64,000 nt of DNA from Epiperipatus broadwayi (GCA_028023455.1 JAQFVV010000007.1:7440001-7504000); one strand, 5' to 3'; counted from the stretch's first letter, positions 12,799-26,425 are shown. Made by a program: numbers and translations. The notes: generated by a model not told the origin, from the sequence alone.

Positions 12799-14439
12799 AC
12801 ATAACAAAATAAAATGTTATTTTTGAAAATGTTATTGTTATTATTTTCATTACATAAGATCCAAGTAGTAAAGATGTAGAATTCATTCTACTAATCATGA
12901 TGGCTTTTCTCTATTGGTTTTATCACAAAACCACTGTTATTTCTGCACTTATTGTTGGTTCAGAACAATATACATTAAGTTTCACAATATGCCTAAATAT
13001 GATTAAATAAATTGGGTAGTAGAAAGCAATGCTACAATAAAATAGTATTGTCTGCCATAATACTTTGTTGATTAAATTTTAAAAGTCAATTGTAAAATTA
13101 AATTATTATAGTTATTAAACCTAAGATTTAATATTTAAGCATTTTATTTGATTTCATGATAGAATGTACCCATCTCTGATTAGGTTTGAGGCACTATTAC
13201 TTTAAAAACAAATCTTATAAAGCATACACCTGATAAAAATCACCTCATTGTGATAAATATCAGAATTAAATGCTACCATATACTTCATAAGGATATTTTG
13301 AAGAAATTAACAGCTGTTGTTTCTATTACATAAATAAAGCAGTATTAAATGTTATAAAATGTTAATTATGAAATACTTCATTAAAAATAAAAACAGGTCA
13401 TCAAAATTGATCATTTTAATGAAATGCTAATAAGTTGAAATAAATATATATTTCATATGGTGTCTATCTTCACAACAGAACATGTTGTGGGATTTTCAGA
13501 AGAATATAAAAAAGATTTTGAACTATAAATTATTTTTGTGTGTTGACATAAAATGTAAAATTTTGTTGTACATAATATTCTTTTATTGGAGTTACAACAT
13601 GATAGGCATTCCTTGTGTATAGAAAAGAAAAGTTTACCAGATAATATATATATATTATAAATACTTTATGTTTTAAGAACACATGTGTTTGTTTAGTATA
13701 CAATAAAATATATCATTGCCAAAAAGAAAAAGTTAAAGTAAACAGTAAACAAAACAAAAAGAATATATTTACAAATGATAATCTTAGTTTGTATATTTAT
13801 TTGTTTCTTAATTCATATTAAAAAAGGTCTTTATGTATAAATATTTAAATATTTATGGGTGATGTTTTGCAAAATACGTATTTATTTAGCAATATTTGTG
13901 CTATTATAATCGCTTTTGGGGGATTTTCCATTATCATTAGTAATTAAATTATTACATTCATTTATTTATTGTTCATTTACATTTTTATATACATTGCAAC
14001 TGGAAATGAAATCTGTAAGAAAGTTCCTACAAAGTTAAATAATATAAATTAATAAGATACTTGTGGAATAAATACTTTTAATAATGTAGAAAAGTTCAAA
14101 TATTTATTACCTAATTAAAAACATGGTTTAAATTCAAATAAAATCTCTTTATAATTTAAGCTATATATTAATAAACCAAAGGATTTCGTTATTATATATT
14201 TCATTCCAAACTAAATGGCATCTTGAATCTCTCTATATTTTTTATTCAAGTATTATGATTTTAGCTAGCATTAAGTCACATAATGTATGACTTGATTTCC
14301 TTATTATTACTACTATATTAGATAAGCATTCTATATGTTTCATTTATTTAAATACTATTGCATTTTTCAATTAATATTACCTTTGATGACCATAAGTCTT
14401 TTTACCTATGCTAATTTTTATTTACTATTTCAATGTATA

Positions 14440-14562
14440 TAGAAACCAGTCAAAACATAGACAATCGCAATATAGATAATAATCAAGAATTTCAAACTGT
14501 TGTCAAGGAAACCTCCTTTTAGCAATAGAGGTGGAATATTGTCTATACTAAATTTAATGTAA
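14440..14562. repeat. Family D dispersed repeat fragment
   Basis: gaaaccagtcaaaacatagacaatc...aagaatttcaaactgttgtcaagg matches 15923-16000, and the reverse complement of 16670-16735 and 32570-32620. Confidence 0.75.
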
Positions 14563-14600
14563 TATAACTAAAATAGTTACAGTTTGAAATATATGTTAAT

Positions 14601-15500
14601 ATAAAAAAAGAACCCCAAAATAACAGATTTTGTATTTAAAAAATTTTACTTTTATTTTTAGGTATTACAAATTGAATCCCTTTCAAAGTATAGTCCACTG
14701 AATGCAATGCTCTGATCTAAGTGTGTTTTTAACTTTTTGAAGGAGTCCAAAAACTTTTGCAAAGTGATGTCTTTTAATGCCTGTGCTAGTTTTTTTTTCC
14801 ACCACATATAAGTTCACAAAAAAAAAAGAGAGAGACATTTTTTCATTCAGGAGAATACAAAATAACCACACAACATAAAATTCAGATAATATGGCTGATA
14901 GTTAAGCTGGGTCATGCTGAATTTAATTTATAATTATTTCACACTTATGGCTTTATGCACTGATACACTGTTGTAGTAATGTTTGCATTCCTTACTTTGT
15001 CAAAAAATAAGATATTTACATTTTACCACAATGCACAAACTTTTCAGAACTTGTAGGTTTTAAATGCCTGGTTGTTATAGACAAATTCTGAGTGAACAAT
15101 GCCAGTTGTATCCCCCTAAAAATAATCACCATTGCTTTTACGTTGAAATTCACTCACCATGCTTTTTGGGGTGTGGTAAATTTGATACCTTTGATTAAAC
15201 CACTTATAAACATGGGTTTTTCCTAGAGCAGCTTGCTTTTAATCTGTTTCATGCATTACAACTATTTTCCCTACAAAAAAACAGAATTTCATATTGTTCC
15301 AGCTATTAACCATTACAAAAATTGAAAAATACAAGAAATGCACCTAACAAAAAAAAAGTGCTACATGGTACCATAATTTCACATAGAGGTGTCTTTTGGC
15401 ACATTGATGCAAAAAGATCCCTGCAAGAGGTATCTAATGTCAAAAACATGTACATATCTACCAAAGAACAATTTGAGTTATTTTAGGGTCCCCCTCACAT
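14601..15500 (-). mobile_element. Second decayed mariner copy
   Basis: Colinear with 11630-12334; TIR remnants at both ends (tgaggggaccctaaaataac and aaaagaaccccaaaataac). Confidence 0.65.
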
Positions 15501-15917
15501 ACTGAGAATGGATTTCTCCAACTACAGTATAAGTAGCATTAACATCTCACCAAAAACTCATGGTCTAACAACTAAACAATCAAAGTGAATCCATTTTGTC
15601 TGAAATGGAAGAATTTACAGAAAAGATAAGTTTATACAACAACAACTGTGAGCAAAAAAACAACTGTGAGAAAGAAATTTAAAACAGTGCAAATGTGAAA
15701 CAGTGACACCCATATAATGACTAAATTGCAATCAAAAAGAACTTGCTGGACTATTTGGCAGTTAAACAAAAGATTTATGTATATGTTAATGTTATATACA
15801 CAGTTGTTGGAGAGATAATCACTCTTAATAATAGATTAATACACACATATATATATATTACATATATTGTGAAACGAATACAGATATCAATCTTTATTTA
15901 TTACATATATATATAAT

Positions 15918-16740
15918 CATTAGAAACCGGTCAACACTTAGACAATCCATATGTAGATAATAATTAAGAATTTCAAACTGTTGTCAAGGCAACCTTCTTT
16001 TAGCAATAAAATGGAATCCCATGTCTATTAATGGTCCTACATATTTATATAGATTGCAACTTGACCACAGAGATTGAAATTATTGATAGAAAGAAGTTTA
16101 AATAACCCTTCTTAAACAGGTAAATATAACCTATTCTAAATGCAGACTAATAAATAGTCAATTGTAACTTTACAAATTGCAATTACAATTTTCAAATTGC
16201 TCCTGTTAAAGCGTAAGGATTTGCTATCTTAATATAAACTGAGCACTGATTATATATATGTATGAGACATGGTAATCTGGACCAAGTGATAAGTGCTGAT
16301 TTAGCACGAAATACATATATTGGTGATTATTTATCTTTTTTGCATGTGTGTGGTTATGTGTGTCAGTAGTATGAGATAATGTGAATAGTGAAGGGGCTTG
16401 AAAGCCTGAGTTCGAATCCCTTATATTTACAATTAGGCTCCGAGTATAAGAATGCCTGGTATTTCAAATATTATTTAAATAATAACTGTAATAAAGCTCA
16501 AGACTAAATGGGTTTATTAGTCTGCATTCAGAACAGTTATATTTATCTGTTTAAGGAAGTTTATTTAAACTTCTTTCTATCAATAATTTCAATCCTTGTG
16601 ATCAAATTGCAATCTTTGGTGTCTATATAAACATATGGAACCATTAATTGCTAAAAAGTGTTTTGCCTTGATAACAGTTTGAAATTCTTGATTGTTACCT
16701 ATATTGGAATTGTCCAAGTATTGACTGGTTTCTAATGGTT
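15918..16740. repeat. Family D inverted repeat (arms about 240 bp) enclosing a family A copy
   Basis: 15918-16160 is the reverse complement of about 16512-16740. Confidence 0.8.
16208..16480 (+). mobile_element. Family A HHR repeat copy
   Basis: HHR at 16265-16336: accaa GTGATAA GTGCT-GATTT-AGCAC GAAA tacata TA ttggt; B-box-like GAGTTCGAATCCC at 16408-16420. Confidence 0.88.
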
Positions 16741-19519
16741 ACTTACAAACCATTTAGCTTTGAGTATTATTATAGTTATTATATAAATATATATACATTA
16801 ATTTTAGCTAAAATTATTTCTATTTTGTGCAGTAAATAGTATTTTTTTATAAAAATCAAAACTATCAATATTATTTTATCCTAAACCATCTACTTTGCTT
16901 ATAATAGTTGATTATCACTAATTTTATAATGCAATCTGATATATGATTTCTTTTTTAAAAATAGAATTTTTGTATTTTTCATAATCTTAAATTTATTAGT
17001 TCAAAATGTGAACTGTTATTCATATTTTTTATCTGTTTGAATACAGGTAAAAATAGCTAGGAAAAATGGTAAATATGATCAAGAAATAATAATTGATTAG
17101 TTAGTGATGATTTATTATTGCTTAATACAACCTTAAAATGATTTAGTCTAAAATTTTAGTATTTAGAACCATAACACAAACTTTTAATGAGTTATATACA
17201 ATATTTAGATGGATTAATTAAAAATTGATTGGTTAATTAAGTTGTTAATACACCTAGACCTCACTTAGCACTTGGCTACTTAGTGATATTTTGCAATAGT
17301 GATCATCATCAATTTGTATCCAGTACTTTGATTTACAATCGATTATTCACTATAACGATTGGGAAAATTTTTTTAAAAAATTTTTTGGGGCAGCCATCTT
17401 GAATTTTGCATCACTGATGACATCAGAGAATAGGTATTTTGAATTCAATTTACCCAAAAGTACATTACTGTAATACGTATATAGGTAATGACTTTGCTGA
17501 AATTGTATAGCATATACAATATTTTATTCATAAAACACAATGTTAGTGCTACATTCAGTATTTCGATTATAGAATGTATAAACTTAAAATATAAATAATT
17601 TTGCAAATAATAATATTTTAGTATTTAAAGTCTTCGGGATGAACACGTGATGTGTGTACATTGTATTGACTGATTACTAAATTGCTGAAAAGCAAAAGAC
17701 AGAAAACAGACTTGAGATTCATTAATGAAAGAAAAACTTCAAACTATTTTTCTAATAAATATTTCTTAATGATAGAAACGAAAATCATCAAGATTATTAT
17801 CAACTACCTATTCTTAATCTTTTTTTCAAATTAAATATGATAGATGACATTGGATATGATAGTGAAATTAAAAAATTTAAGAGTGCAAAGAACTTTAAAA
17901 AGATTAGTGAACTCTATCATAAGAAGGTTTTTTAAACATATACTTAAACTTTTAACTCCACGACACATTATTGAAACATTAGTGAAGAAGATAAATGACT
18001 GTCAAGGTGCAATTCATGCTGAGCCAACAATTGCCAGATGGTCAAGGCCACAATCACTCTTATGATTACACAATATTTATTAATACATAGTAATTGCAAT
18101 TTGATGAACAATTGCCAAACTTTTTTCACTCACATGGCATTGATAATACTTGACAAGTAATGAAGAGAGATATATAAATTTGTAACCCATGTGCCAAATA
18201 AAGAGTGCTGGTTCAACATAAAATGCATCTTGGAATCATTTATCTGGTTCAGATGCCATTTATTCATGTTTTAAAAATATATGATGGATTGGAAAATTTA
18301 AATATATTTAAAAAAGATGTTACATGAAAAGACAGATGAAATTGAATTATTCCACATGTTTATGATTAATTAAAAGCAAACATTAATCTTTAATGTGAGT
18401 TTTAAAGCTTATATCTGGACTAAAAATGATATAATAATCTATAATCAAATAAACGATTGGTAATACTCATTAATGATCTATCTGACATAGACAATGTCAA
18501 AGTTATGAGTGCCAGCAGACTAACTGTAGTAATGATGATAGTTTAAATTATAAATATGGTTCAGGAATAATGTGATAATTTCTAGATTAATACATTATTG
18601 ATAATAATCATTGCTGTATTTAACTAGAATGGATGTTATCAAAGTTTTGAGTACAGTAAGTTTGGAACTTTTTATTAATTGCAATAAGAATTAAGTATAA
18701 TGGTTATATCAAAATTGAGCCACTGATTCAAAAAGCATTATTTCAAATAAAATATTATTTTTTAGCATTCTTTTTATTCTATAAAAAATAAAATTATTTC
18801 ACACCAGTTTTGCATAAAGAAATATACTTTAACACCACCAGAGAAGTGAAATCATGAATTATTAGGTTAATAGGACCAACTGATGATGTAACTATTGTAT
18901 GCAGTTGTCATATTATCTCAACTTTTATAGCAATCCCATGGAATCATTAAGAACAAAGAAAAAATATTTAAATAAATAAATAAAATGGTAATGAAGTTGT
19001 TATAAATAAGTAATCATATGAGTAGTCACATAATAGATACTATGATGTTCTAGCATTAATGTAAGCACTACAGTTCCATTCAAGTGATATAAATGATATG
19101 CTTTTCCCCCTTCCTTTGAGATAGACTCAGAAACCTTCCACTTATGAGCTCACAACTCTATCATGGTAGTAACAACACCAAAAAAAAAATATTATTAGCT
19201 ATTTTAATGAAAGTAAAAATAAGACAGAAAAAAAAATTACATTGGTTTCTCAGTTCATAAAAAAATTTGAACATCATAAAAGACAGAACTGGTCACAATC
19301 TAAGATTCTTGATTTCTTGGGTCTATCTCTACATAACAGGACAAACCATGCAGAGAAAAATAACTGACTGGTTTATTGTTTGAAGGTTTATAAAAAATTC
19401 AAGCCCCCAAAATGATAGCATTGGATCATGATTGGGGATCTTGATCTCTAGTGAAGGTGACTACAACTCCACCAAGTCTTACCAAAAAAAAATTCAAATT
19501 AGTTTTAACTCCAGAAAGA

Positions 19520-19719
19520 GCAGTTACTGAGTGGGCTATGACCATAGATCTTTAGCTCCAGAGTCTGCTACTCTACCCCAATTAGCAGTGCCTGATCTGA
19601 AACATGAGCCAAGAGATCTTTAGTTCCAAATTCTGCCACTCTCCCCCAACCAGCAGTGACTGAACTGGACCATGACCCACAGACCTTTAGATTCACAGTC
19701 TGCCATTCTATCCCAATCA
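19520..19719 (-). repeat. Three tandem units of 65-68 bp, tRNA-like on the minus strand
   Basis: Units start gcagt(t/g) at 19520, 19585 and 19653 and share ctttag...tctgc(c/t)a(c/t)tct...cccaa. Confidence 0.7.
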
Positions 19720-19767
19720 GCAATGTGATGAGTGATGACGATAACAAACTTTATATCATTACTTTGA

Positions 19768-20095
19768 ACGTTCCATCATCAGATTTTCAATGAAATGGAA
19801 GGCAAAAGAATTGCGAATTGGAATAGTTTGAAGCCTGTCCATTAAAGTATAAAGATTGGCTATCTTAATATAAAGCTGAGTACTGATTATATATATATAT
19901 GTGAGGATAGTAATCTAGACCAACTGATGATTGCTGGTTTAGCATGAAATATGTATATTGGTGATTATTTACCATTTCAACGTGTGTGATCAGGTAGGTC
20001 AGCAATATGAGATGGCACTGGGAGTGATGGGTTGTGTGAAGGTCTGAGTTCGAACCCTACATATATAAATGCAAGTTTAGGCCTGTACAATGTGT
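19768..20095 (+). mobile_element. Family A HHR repeat copy
   Basis: Homologous to the other family A copies over about 330 bp. Confidence 0.88.
19903..19972 (+). ncRNA. Type I hammerhead ribozyme (family A)
   Basis: Stem I accaa/ttggt plus taatc/gatta; CTGATGA 19924-19930; stem II tgct-ggttt-agca; GAAA 19946-19949; stem III ATATGTAT; AUA cleavage triplet 19955-19957. Confidence 0.8.
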
Positions 20096-23000
20096 TATAT
20101 AATTACTTTTAAGAATTTTTTATATTCTCTTTTCAGAATGAAGATGCAAACAAACGTCGGATTTGGAGGGGGGGAAAGAAGGAAAGAAACTAAGAAAAAA
20201 AATTCTAAACAGCTAATTTCCAGCAGGACAAAATAAGGAAACAGAATATTAGCATTTTCTTCATAATATAATTTAAATATTTTGTTAGTATTTAAATACC
20301 TAATAGTGCTCTAATGCTTATTTAGTGTGCAATTATCACATCCACTTAATTTGATTTCTGGTTATAAAAGAGAAACCTAAAACTTACTTTCGAATACTAA
20401 TACCAAAGAGCAACGACAAGAAGCGAATAATTTCAATTAAATCCACAACACAGTTTTTAAAAATATAATTTTAAAGAAACAGGAAAACTCATTATTGCTC
20501 ATCAACTAAATTATCATGATATTTAACGATGTGTGTTTTTTTTTTAAATAATTCCATCATTACGCATTTTTAGCATAACATTTATTCAAATTTAATTTTC
20601 AACTGAAAATAGATCAAATTATCAATTATTTGCGAATTAATTATTTCATTGAAAAAACAATAAATCATTATAGATTTAAGGCAATTAAAATATTTGTGCA
20701 TTATAGTAAAAATCTTTATACACATGTAATGGGTTGGGCATCTCCCTGCCATACACACGACAATTCAAACTCAGACTGGTCAAGACAAAACTTTTTTAAT
20801 TTTAAAGCAGGATCTGGATTTAAGCTCAAGTGGTCTGCTGATTAATAAGTATCTAGCTATTCTTAAGTAGGAATTCAATCAAGAATGGGAAACAATTCAA
20901 ATGCTCACTTCTTGGCAGATCCCTCCTGAGGTTGTTGAAGAAATTTTTCCTATAATAGATTAATTAAAAGCTGTTTTTACTTATTAATTTCATGTAATTG
21001 CACATATATCTAAGATTAAAAATACATAATCTCTTACCTGTTGAAAGATCATTAATTAACAATCATTTATATAATGTGTAATAAGTGATTGATATAAAAT
21101 AAGTGTTTGCTAAAAGTATACTACTGATAAGTGCAAATTTAAGAAATATATTTCAAATAAGTTACAGAATAATAGGATTTGATGACTTATATTTGCTTTG
21201 ACCTACTCAAGACACCTTATTAAAGTGAAATACGCATTAAGGTTCATTAGGATATATTTTCCAATGGCTACAGTGAAAGTTTGAAATGTAAGAAAATGTT
21301 AATCTGTACTTATTAAAAATATCATATAGCCATGAATTAAATAATTAATACAAAAGAGATTGTGAAACACACTTATAATAAATATAACAAAAAATGAGTA
21401 TTATTTATAGTTTTTTTTCCAAATTCCATGACAATCTTGCTTGTAAATTGTTTTAGTAATGTATTTGGGCAGATTTGTTAGGTGAAATATGCTCAAATTC
21501 TTAGTATTACATATTTCGTAATTAAAATTATTTTCTGAGCAAATGTAATATCTGGTAATTAATAAATGTACTCACTGAAAAGATAATTTTTTTAATATTT
21601 AATTTTATTACTGCCTAGTAGGCTTTCAATATCATTACACGCTAGGCAGGAATAAAAATAAATATTAAAATATGACCTTTTTTGTGAACATACTAATTAT
21701 CACACATTAAATATTTTAAAAGCTGTAAACTCTTAAGTTAATTGAATATTGATAGGATTAGTCCTTCTTTCTTGCTTATGACTACTAGCAAATAAGTGAA
21801 TGTCTAGCTGTATGAGAAGTGAGATAACTACCTAAAATAGAAATTGTACATTTGTCTGAAAACTAAATAAAAAAAGTTTAGCACATGTTCCAACTCTACA
21901 TCCTAAGCATGTAAAACTGGTATATACATTAATCAATGTATCACAATACCCTTCTAATACAGTATATATAGGAGTTAAATGTGATTGTAAATATCCACAT
22001 GCGAATAAATATTATAATCCAATGTTCAAATTACATTCATGTAGGGAAATAAACGGGTTGAAATTGTGCATTTTAATGTGAAGTGAGTTTAGGACTGGTT
22101 ATACACTGTAATGTCAGATTCCTCTATCTTGCTAACACTGTAGAATTTAAACCCAGCTTTCCGGAAATCCTAAGTTCAAATCCAAAGTCTAATCCACACA
22201 GTGTCCCCTACATGATAACACATCTGATGCTATTAATAATATAACCTTTTTATCAGTGTCGGTGGTCAGGAAGAAACAAAAGACTCTATACTACAATATA
22301 AATTTAGGTTTGCTAACTAACATCTATGGATGGTATAAAATATATATATAAAAGTGATGTAGACTGAGATAGTGGTGTGGATCAAGAAAGTAAATAATTT
22401 GAATCAAAATAAACAGTAAAATTCAAAAGGTTTATTGATTTAATAAATATATATGTGCAATGACTGTGTATATAAGACAGCGACGTTGAATAATTAAAAA
22501 TGTTTGTTGAAACAAAATATCAGTCAAATTTACATAATGGCTGGTTAATTAATTCTCTATACCTCGGGTTAATGCAATAACATTACGATAATGTGCCTAA
22601 GTAAAATTTATAAAGAGAGTTTGCAAAGATATGAGAGGTGCTTTGAGTAAATATAATAAATTATTGAATTAAAAAATTTGAGATAGTAAAGATTTCAATA
22701 AAACATTTATTGAATTCAAGAATAGAATGGACTGATACTCATTAAGCCATAACATAAGGGATGTGAGTAAGATGCGCAAATCAATGAAAATAACTAAATT
22801 TATATTAAGAGATCGGTGGTGCTAGTGAGGATTTAATGTAAAGGATGGACGGTGTGGTACATTGAAACCACGGAGCTTTGCAAAATAAAATAACTAATCA
22901 ATAAATAAGAAAAATAATATATGGGATGTCTTGCCATAAATTCATTGGAAGTTGTGTCACATGGCAGCCCAAGTCTGAACTCATCCAAGTACTTAGTGAC

Positions 23001-26000
23001 TGCTTGACAACTGCATAGAATTCCCAGGTGTAAAGATTCTAGTACACACTCTAACTGGGAACCACAGGAACAAAAAAAAGGGGGAAACAGTCTTAGCCAT
23101 TTAAAGCCCTTGAAGAAACGAAGCGGTCTCAAACATCAGATACACCTACCAGCAACACTCGAACAAAATACATAAAATCTTTTAAAAGGACTCATTTTAG
23201 TTTAATAAGGTGCCTAATCAATTCCCAAATATTTATTTTAAGAAAGTCTGTACATTCTCGATCTCAAAATTATAAGTTTTGGAAATTAATCAAAAGACAA
23301 TAAAACATATTTAAAATGGGAAAATGCATAATTACGAGGTTTTATAATAAGACAGGAATTAATATGCAATCACACATTTGTATACTATTTACTCATTAAC
23401 CTTGCACATATACTCACATTATGTTAAAACAAATAGATATGTGGATTTTTAAATGCAAAATTATTTAATGATTAAAAGATATTAAGATAGCCCTCGAATG
23501 AGTGATTTAATGAGATATTAAAATAGGACCAATTTATAATTAAAACATGCTAATCAGCAACATATTAATTTAACACAAAGAGAAGGAGTAATTTGCTCGA
23601 TCGATGGCTATACTGGTACACCATCATAATAAAAGAAAACTGATTAATAAATACAAAATATTAACCCAAGTATAGAGACAGAGCACAGTAAGTTATAGAA
23701 ATTTTACAAAAAAAAAACATTTTAGGATAGAAAACAAATTAAATTAGCTATAGCATATGTGAAGGAATATAATTTCACAAGAACTCTTGGGTTAATTAGG
23801 TTACCTCATCAGAATTAGGGCATTTAAATGCATTTTCATATGGAGACTTTTCTAGTTTGATGGCAGAAGCATTGACAAGAATTTGGCAGTAACTTTTGAT
23901 TCAAAGTTCACAGATTCAATAGTGGTGGCTGTTTTTAGGGTTTCTTACATGAAGGCATCAGATGGCATGATATGCAGCAGATTGCCATTTCTGAAAGGAA
24001 AATAGCCTTCTTGCTGGCTCTACTTTGACATTTTCAATTTTTCGTTAAAGGCTGGGGTGTGCAGTTCTCCGAATACAACTGGCTTGAGTTTCTTATAGTG
24101 GAATAAATTCTTAATTCTCAGCAAATTTAACTTTTACAAAATAGCTTTTTAACTCACAAATATAATTGAATACTTTAAAATTTACTTGGCAACTAATTTC
24201 TGACTTTAATAACAATTTGCTTGAAGACTAATTGTCCATTCTCACAACTTAGTTGTTCACACTGCTTGTTAAAATAAAACCAGCCTTATATATATGAGAG
24301 CTGTACAATAATACTGCCCTGCAGCATAACACATACCCCCCAAAAAATTTGTTATCTAATCGATGCTGTAATTAAACTTATCCAAACATCCAAAGAATTT
24401 AACAAATGTCATAATTAATTTTACTATTGTTAATTACCTTGTAGATATTCCGATTAAAACTTTAATTTCATTTTAGAAAAAGCTTCGCTAATTAAAAATA
24501 CCTTAAATGGGTGGACATCTGCTGTATTTCTTGATAAACCACTAGAATATATTAATTAAAACTATTGTTTTCTGACCAACCCTCATTTACTTTTTACATA
24601 AACTTGATGGCGTGATTTTAAAATCTAAAATAACAACTTATTTACTTTTTTTAGTTTTTAATGTTTAAATCTACTTATGAGATGAATATAATTTTATTTT
24701 AAACTAAAACAAATATTACGAATGTAATATTTTTTTTTATGAATAGATTTAAACAGAAATAATTTTAAATAACAAAATATTATTTTAACTTAAGTTTTAA
24801 AATGAATATACAGCAGTAAATACGACCTATATAACCTACTTTTTAAACGAATATCTTTACGTGTACATACATATAATTTATATTAGTTATTTCTGCTGGG
24901 AATTAGAAATATATATATAACACGAGCGCTTTACTCGTGGTTTAAAATTAGGCGGGATTTTCGGCATATAAGCGTATTACAGACACACTACTATACATTG
25001 GGGCTTAAACTAAGGTATGAGGGCAGGAAAGATGTGAGAAAAGGTGAAACGAAGATCTGCAAAGCAAATCTGACTGTTTCAACACTAACGACGGTAAATT
25101 AAAATGAATGCATATTTTATTTTCTATATAAAATAAATGTTAACAATATTCCAAAATTTAATAATATATAAAATTTAAGATAAATAAATTTCTCAGGGTA
25201 TTCTTGTAAATGTACGATAATAGTCTTACTGAATTTTTAAACATATATATTCTGTTGATTTTTCTAGTGTAAATAAGTACTTTGATGCAAAATAATATCT
25301 ATTTTAAATAAAGTTAGCAATTTAATTAACCGTTTCTCATTCCTAACTCAAATGTAATATTCAATTAATTATTTATAAAAAAAATTTATTTTAATAAAAA
25401 AATAAAAATTTTTATATTTATATTTTTTTTTTTTATTTTTTAATTTTTTTTAATTTAAAATTTTGATGAAGAAAAAAAAATGAAAAAATGGGGGTTTTTT
25501 GTTTATTAATGTATATATATTTTTATTTTGGTAAAAAAAAAAAATTTTTGAAAAGAAAAAAGAGAAAGGAATTTTTTTTTTTTTGATAATATTGAAAAAC
25601 ATATTTTTTAAAAAAAAAAGGGGGGGACCTTTGTTGTGTTATTATATTTTATTAATTATTTATCTCAGGGTTATTAAATAAATCAATCTTAATCATTTCA
25701 TTAAAAACATTTTTTTAAAAAAAATATAGATTTAAATTTAATAAGTTATTCTAGATATAACGAATGTAAAAAGGGAATTTTATTGCACATCGCTCTACCC
25801 TACTAATTTGTATTTGAGAAAGCAATAGTAATAATAAATGGCGTATAAATTTTAATAAATGAATATAATAACTGAAATACAGGCTTATTATATACCTGTA
25901 TCAAAATATGTAATATATAGGGTATGTAAGCACAGACTTTCACACGACCCACCACTCTCCATTCTATCTCATAATACTGATACACTTGAACACATATATG

Positions 26001-26006
26001 TCGAAA

Positions 26007-26077
26007 AGATAAATAATCACCAATATACGTATTTCATGCTAAATCAGAAATCATCAGTTGATCCAGATTATCATCTC
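26007..26077 (-). ncRNA. Type I hammerhead ribozyme (family A), stem II weakened
   Basis: Reverse complement: atcaa CTGATGA tttct-gattt-agcat GAAA tacgta TA ttggt gattat. Confidence 0.7.
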
Positions 26078-26353
26078 TACACATATATGCAATAAGTGCT
26101 CAGATATATATTAAGATAGTCAATCTTCATACTTTAATGGGCAGACTTCAATCCACTCCACCCTCCAACTCTTCAACCGTCCATCCAATTGAAAATCTGA
26201 TGATGGAATGCTCAAAGGCCACCCTCATCAGCAGATTTTCAATTGGATGGACGATTGAAGAGTTGAAGGGTGGAGTGGATTGAAGCCGGTCCATTAAAGT
26301 ATGAGGATTGGCTATCTTAATATATATCTGAGTACCTATTGCATATATGTATA

Positions 26354-26425
26354 GAGATGATAATCTGGACCAACTGATGACTGCTTGTTTAGCATGATAT
26401 ATATATATATTGGTAATTATTTATC
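26354..26425 (+). ncRNA. Degenerate hammerhead ribozyme (family A)
   Basis: CTGATGA at 26374-26380 is intact; GAAA is replaced by GATA within an expanded AT run. Confidence 0.55.

Noticed and set aside
17844-18400. Possible decayed hAT transposase (PTIARWS)
   Set aside because: One weak motif, no TIRs or TSD identified.
18872-18912. ggaccaactgatga, a 14-nt match to the family A ribozyme
   Set aside because: No stem II, GAAA or flanking homology; it is only part of a small local hairpin.
20137-20193. Acceptor followed by NEDANKRRIWRGGKKERN-stop, resembling an amidated peptide precursor end
   Set aside because: Too short to distinguish from chance without transcripts.
22833-23132. 99-aa minus-strand ORF behind a strong acceptor-like tract
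   Set aside because: No recognisable domain, no donor site, and an AT-rich low-complexity C-terminus.
24895-24945. Hairpin cacgag-cgcttta-ctcgtg near CTAA as a Helitron 3' end
   Set aside because: Single occurrence with no 5' TC end or second copy.
25380-25720. Homopolymer-rich A/T/G block
   Set aside because: Looks like low-quality long-read consensus or low-complexity DNA; no structure supported.
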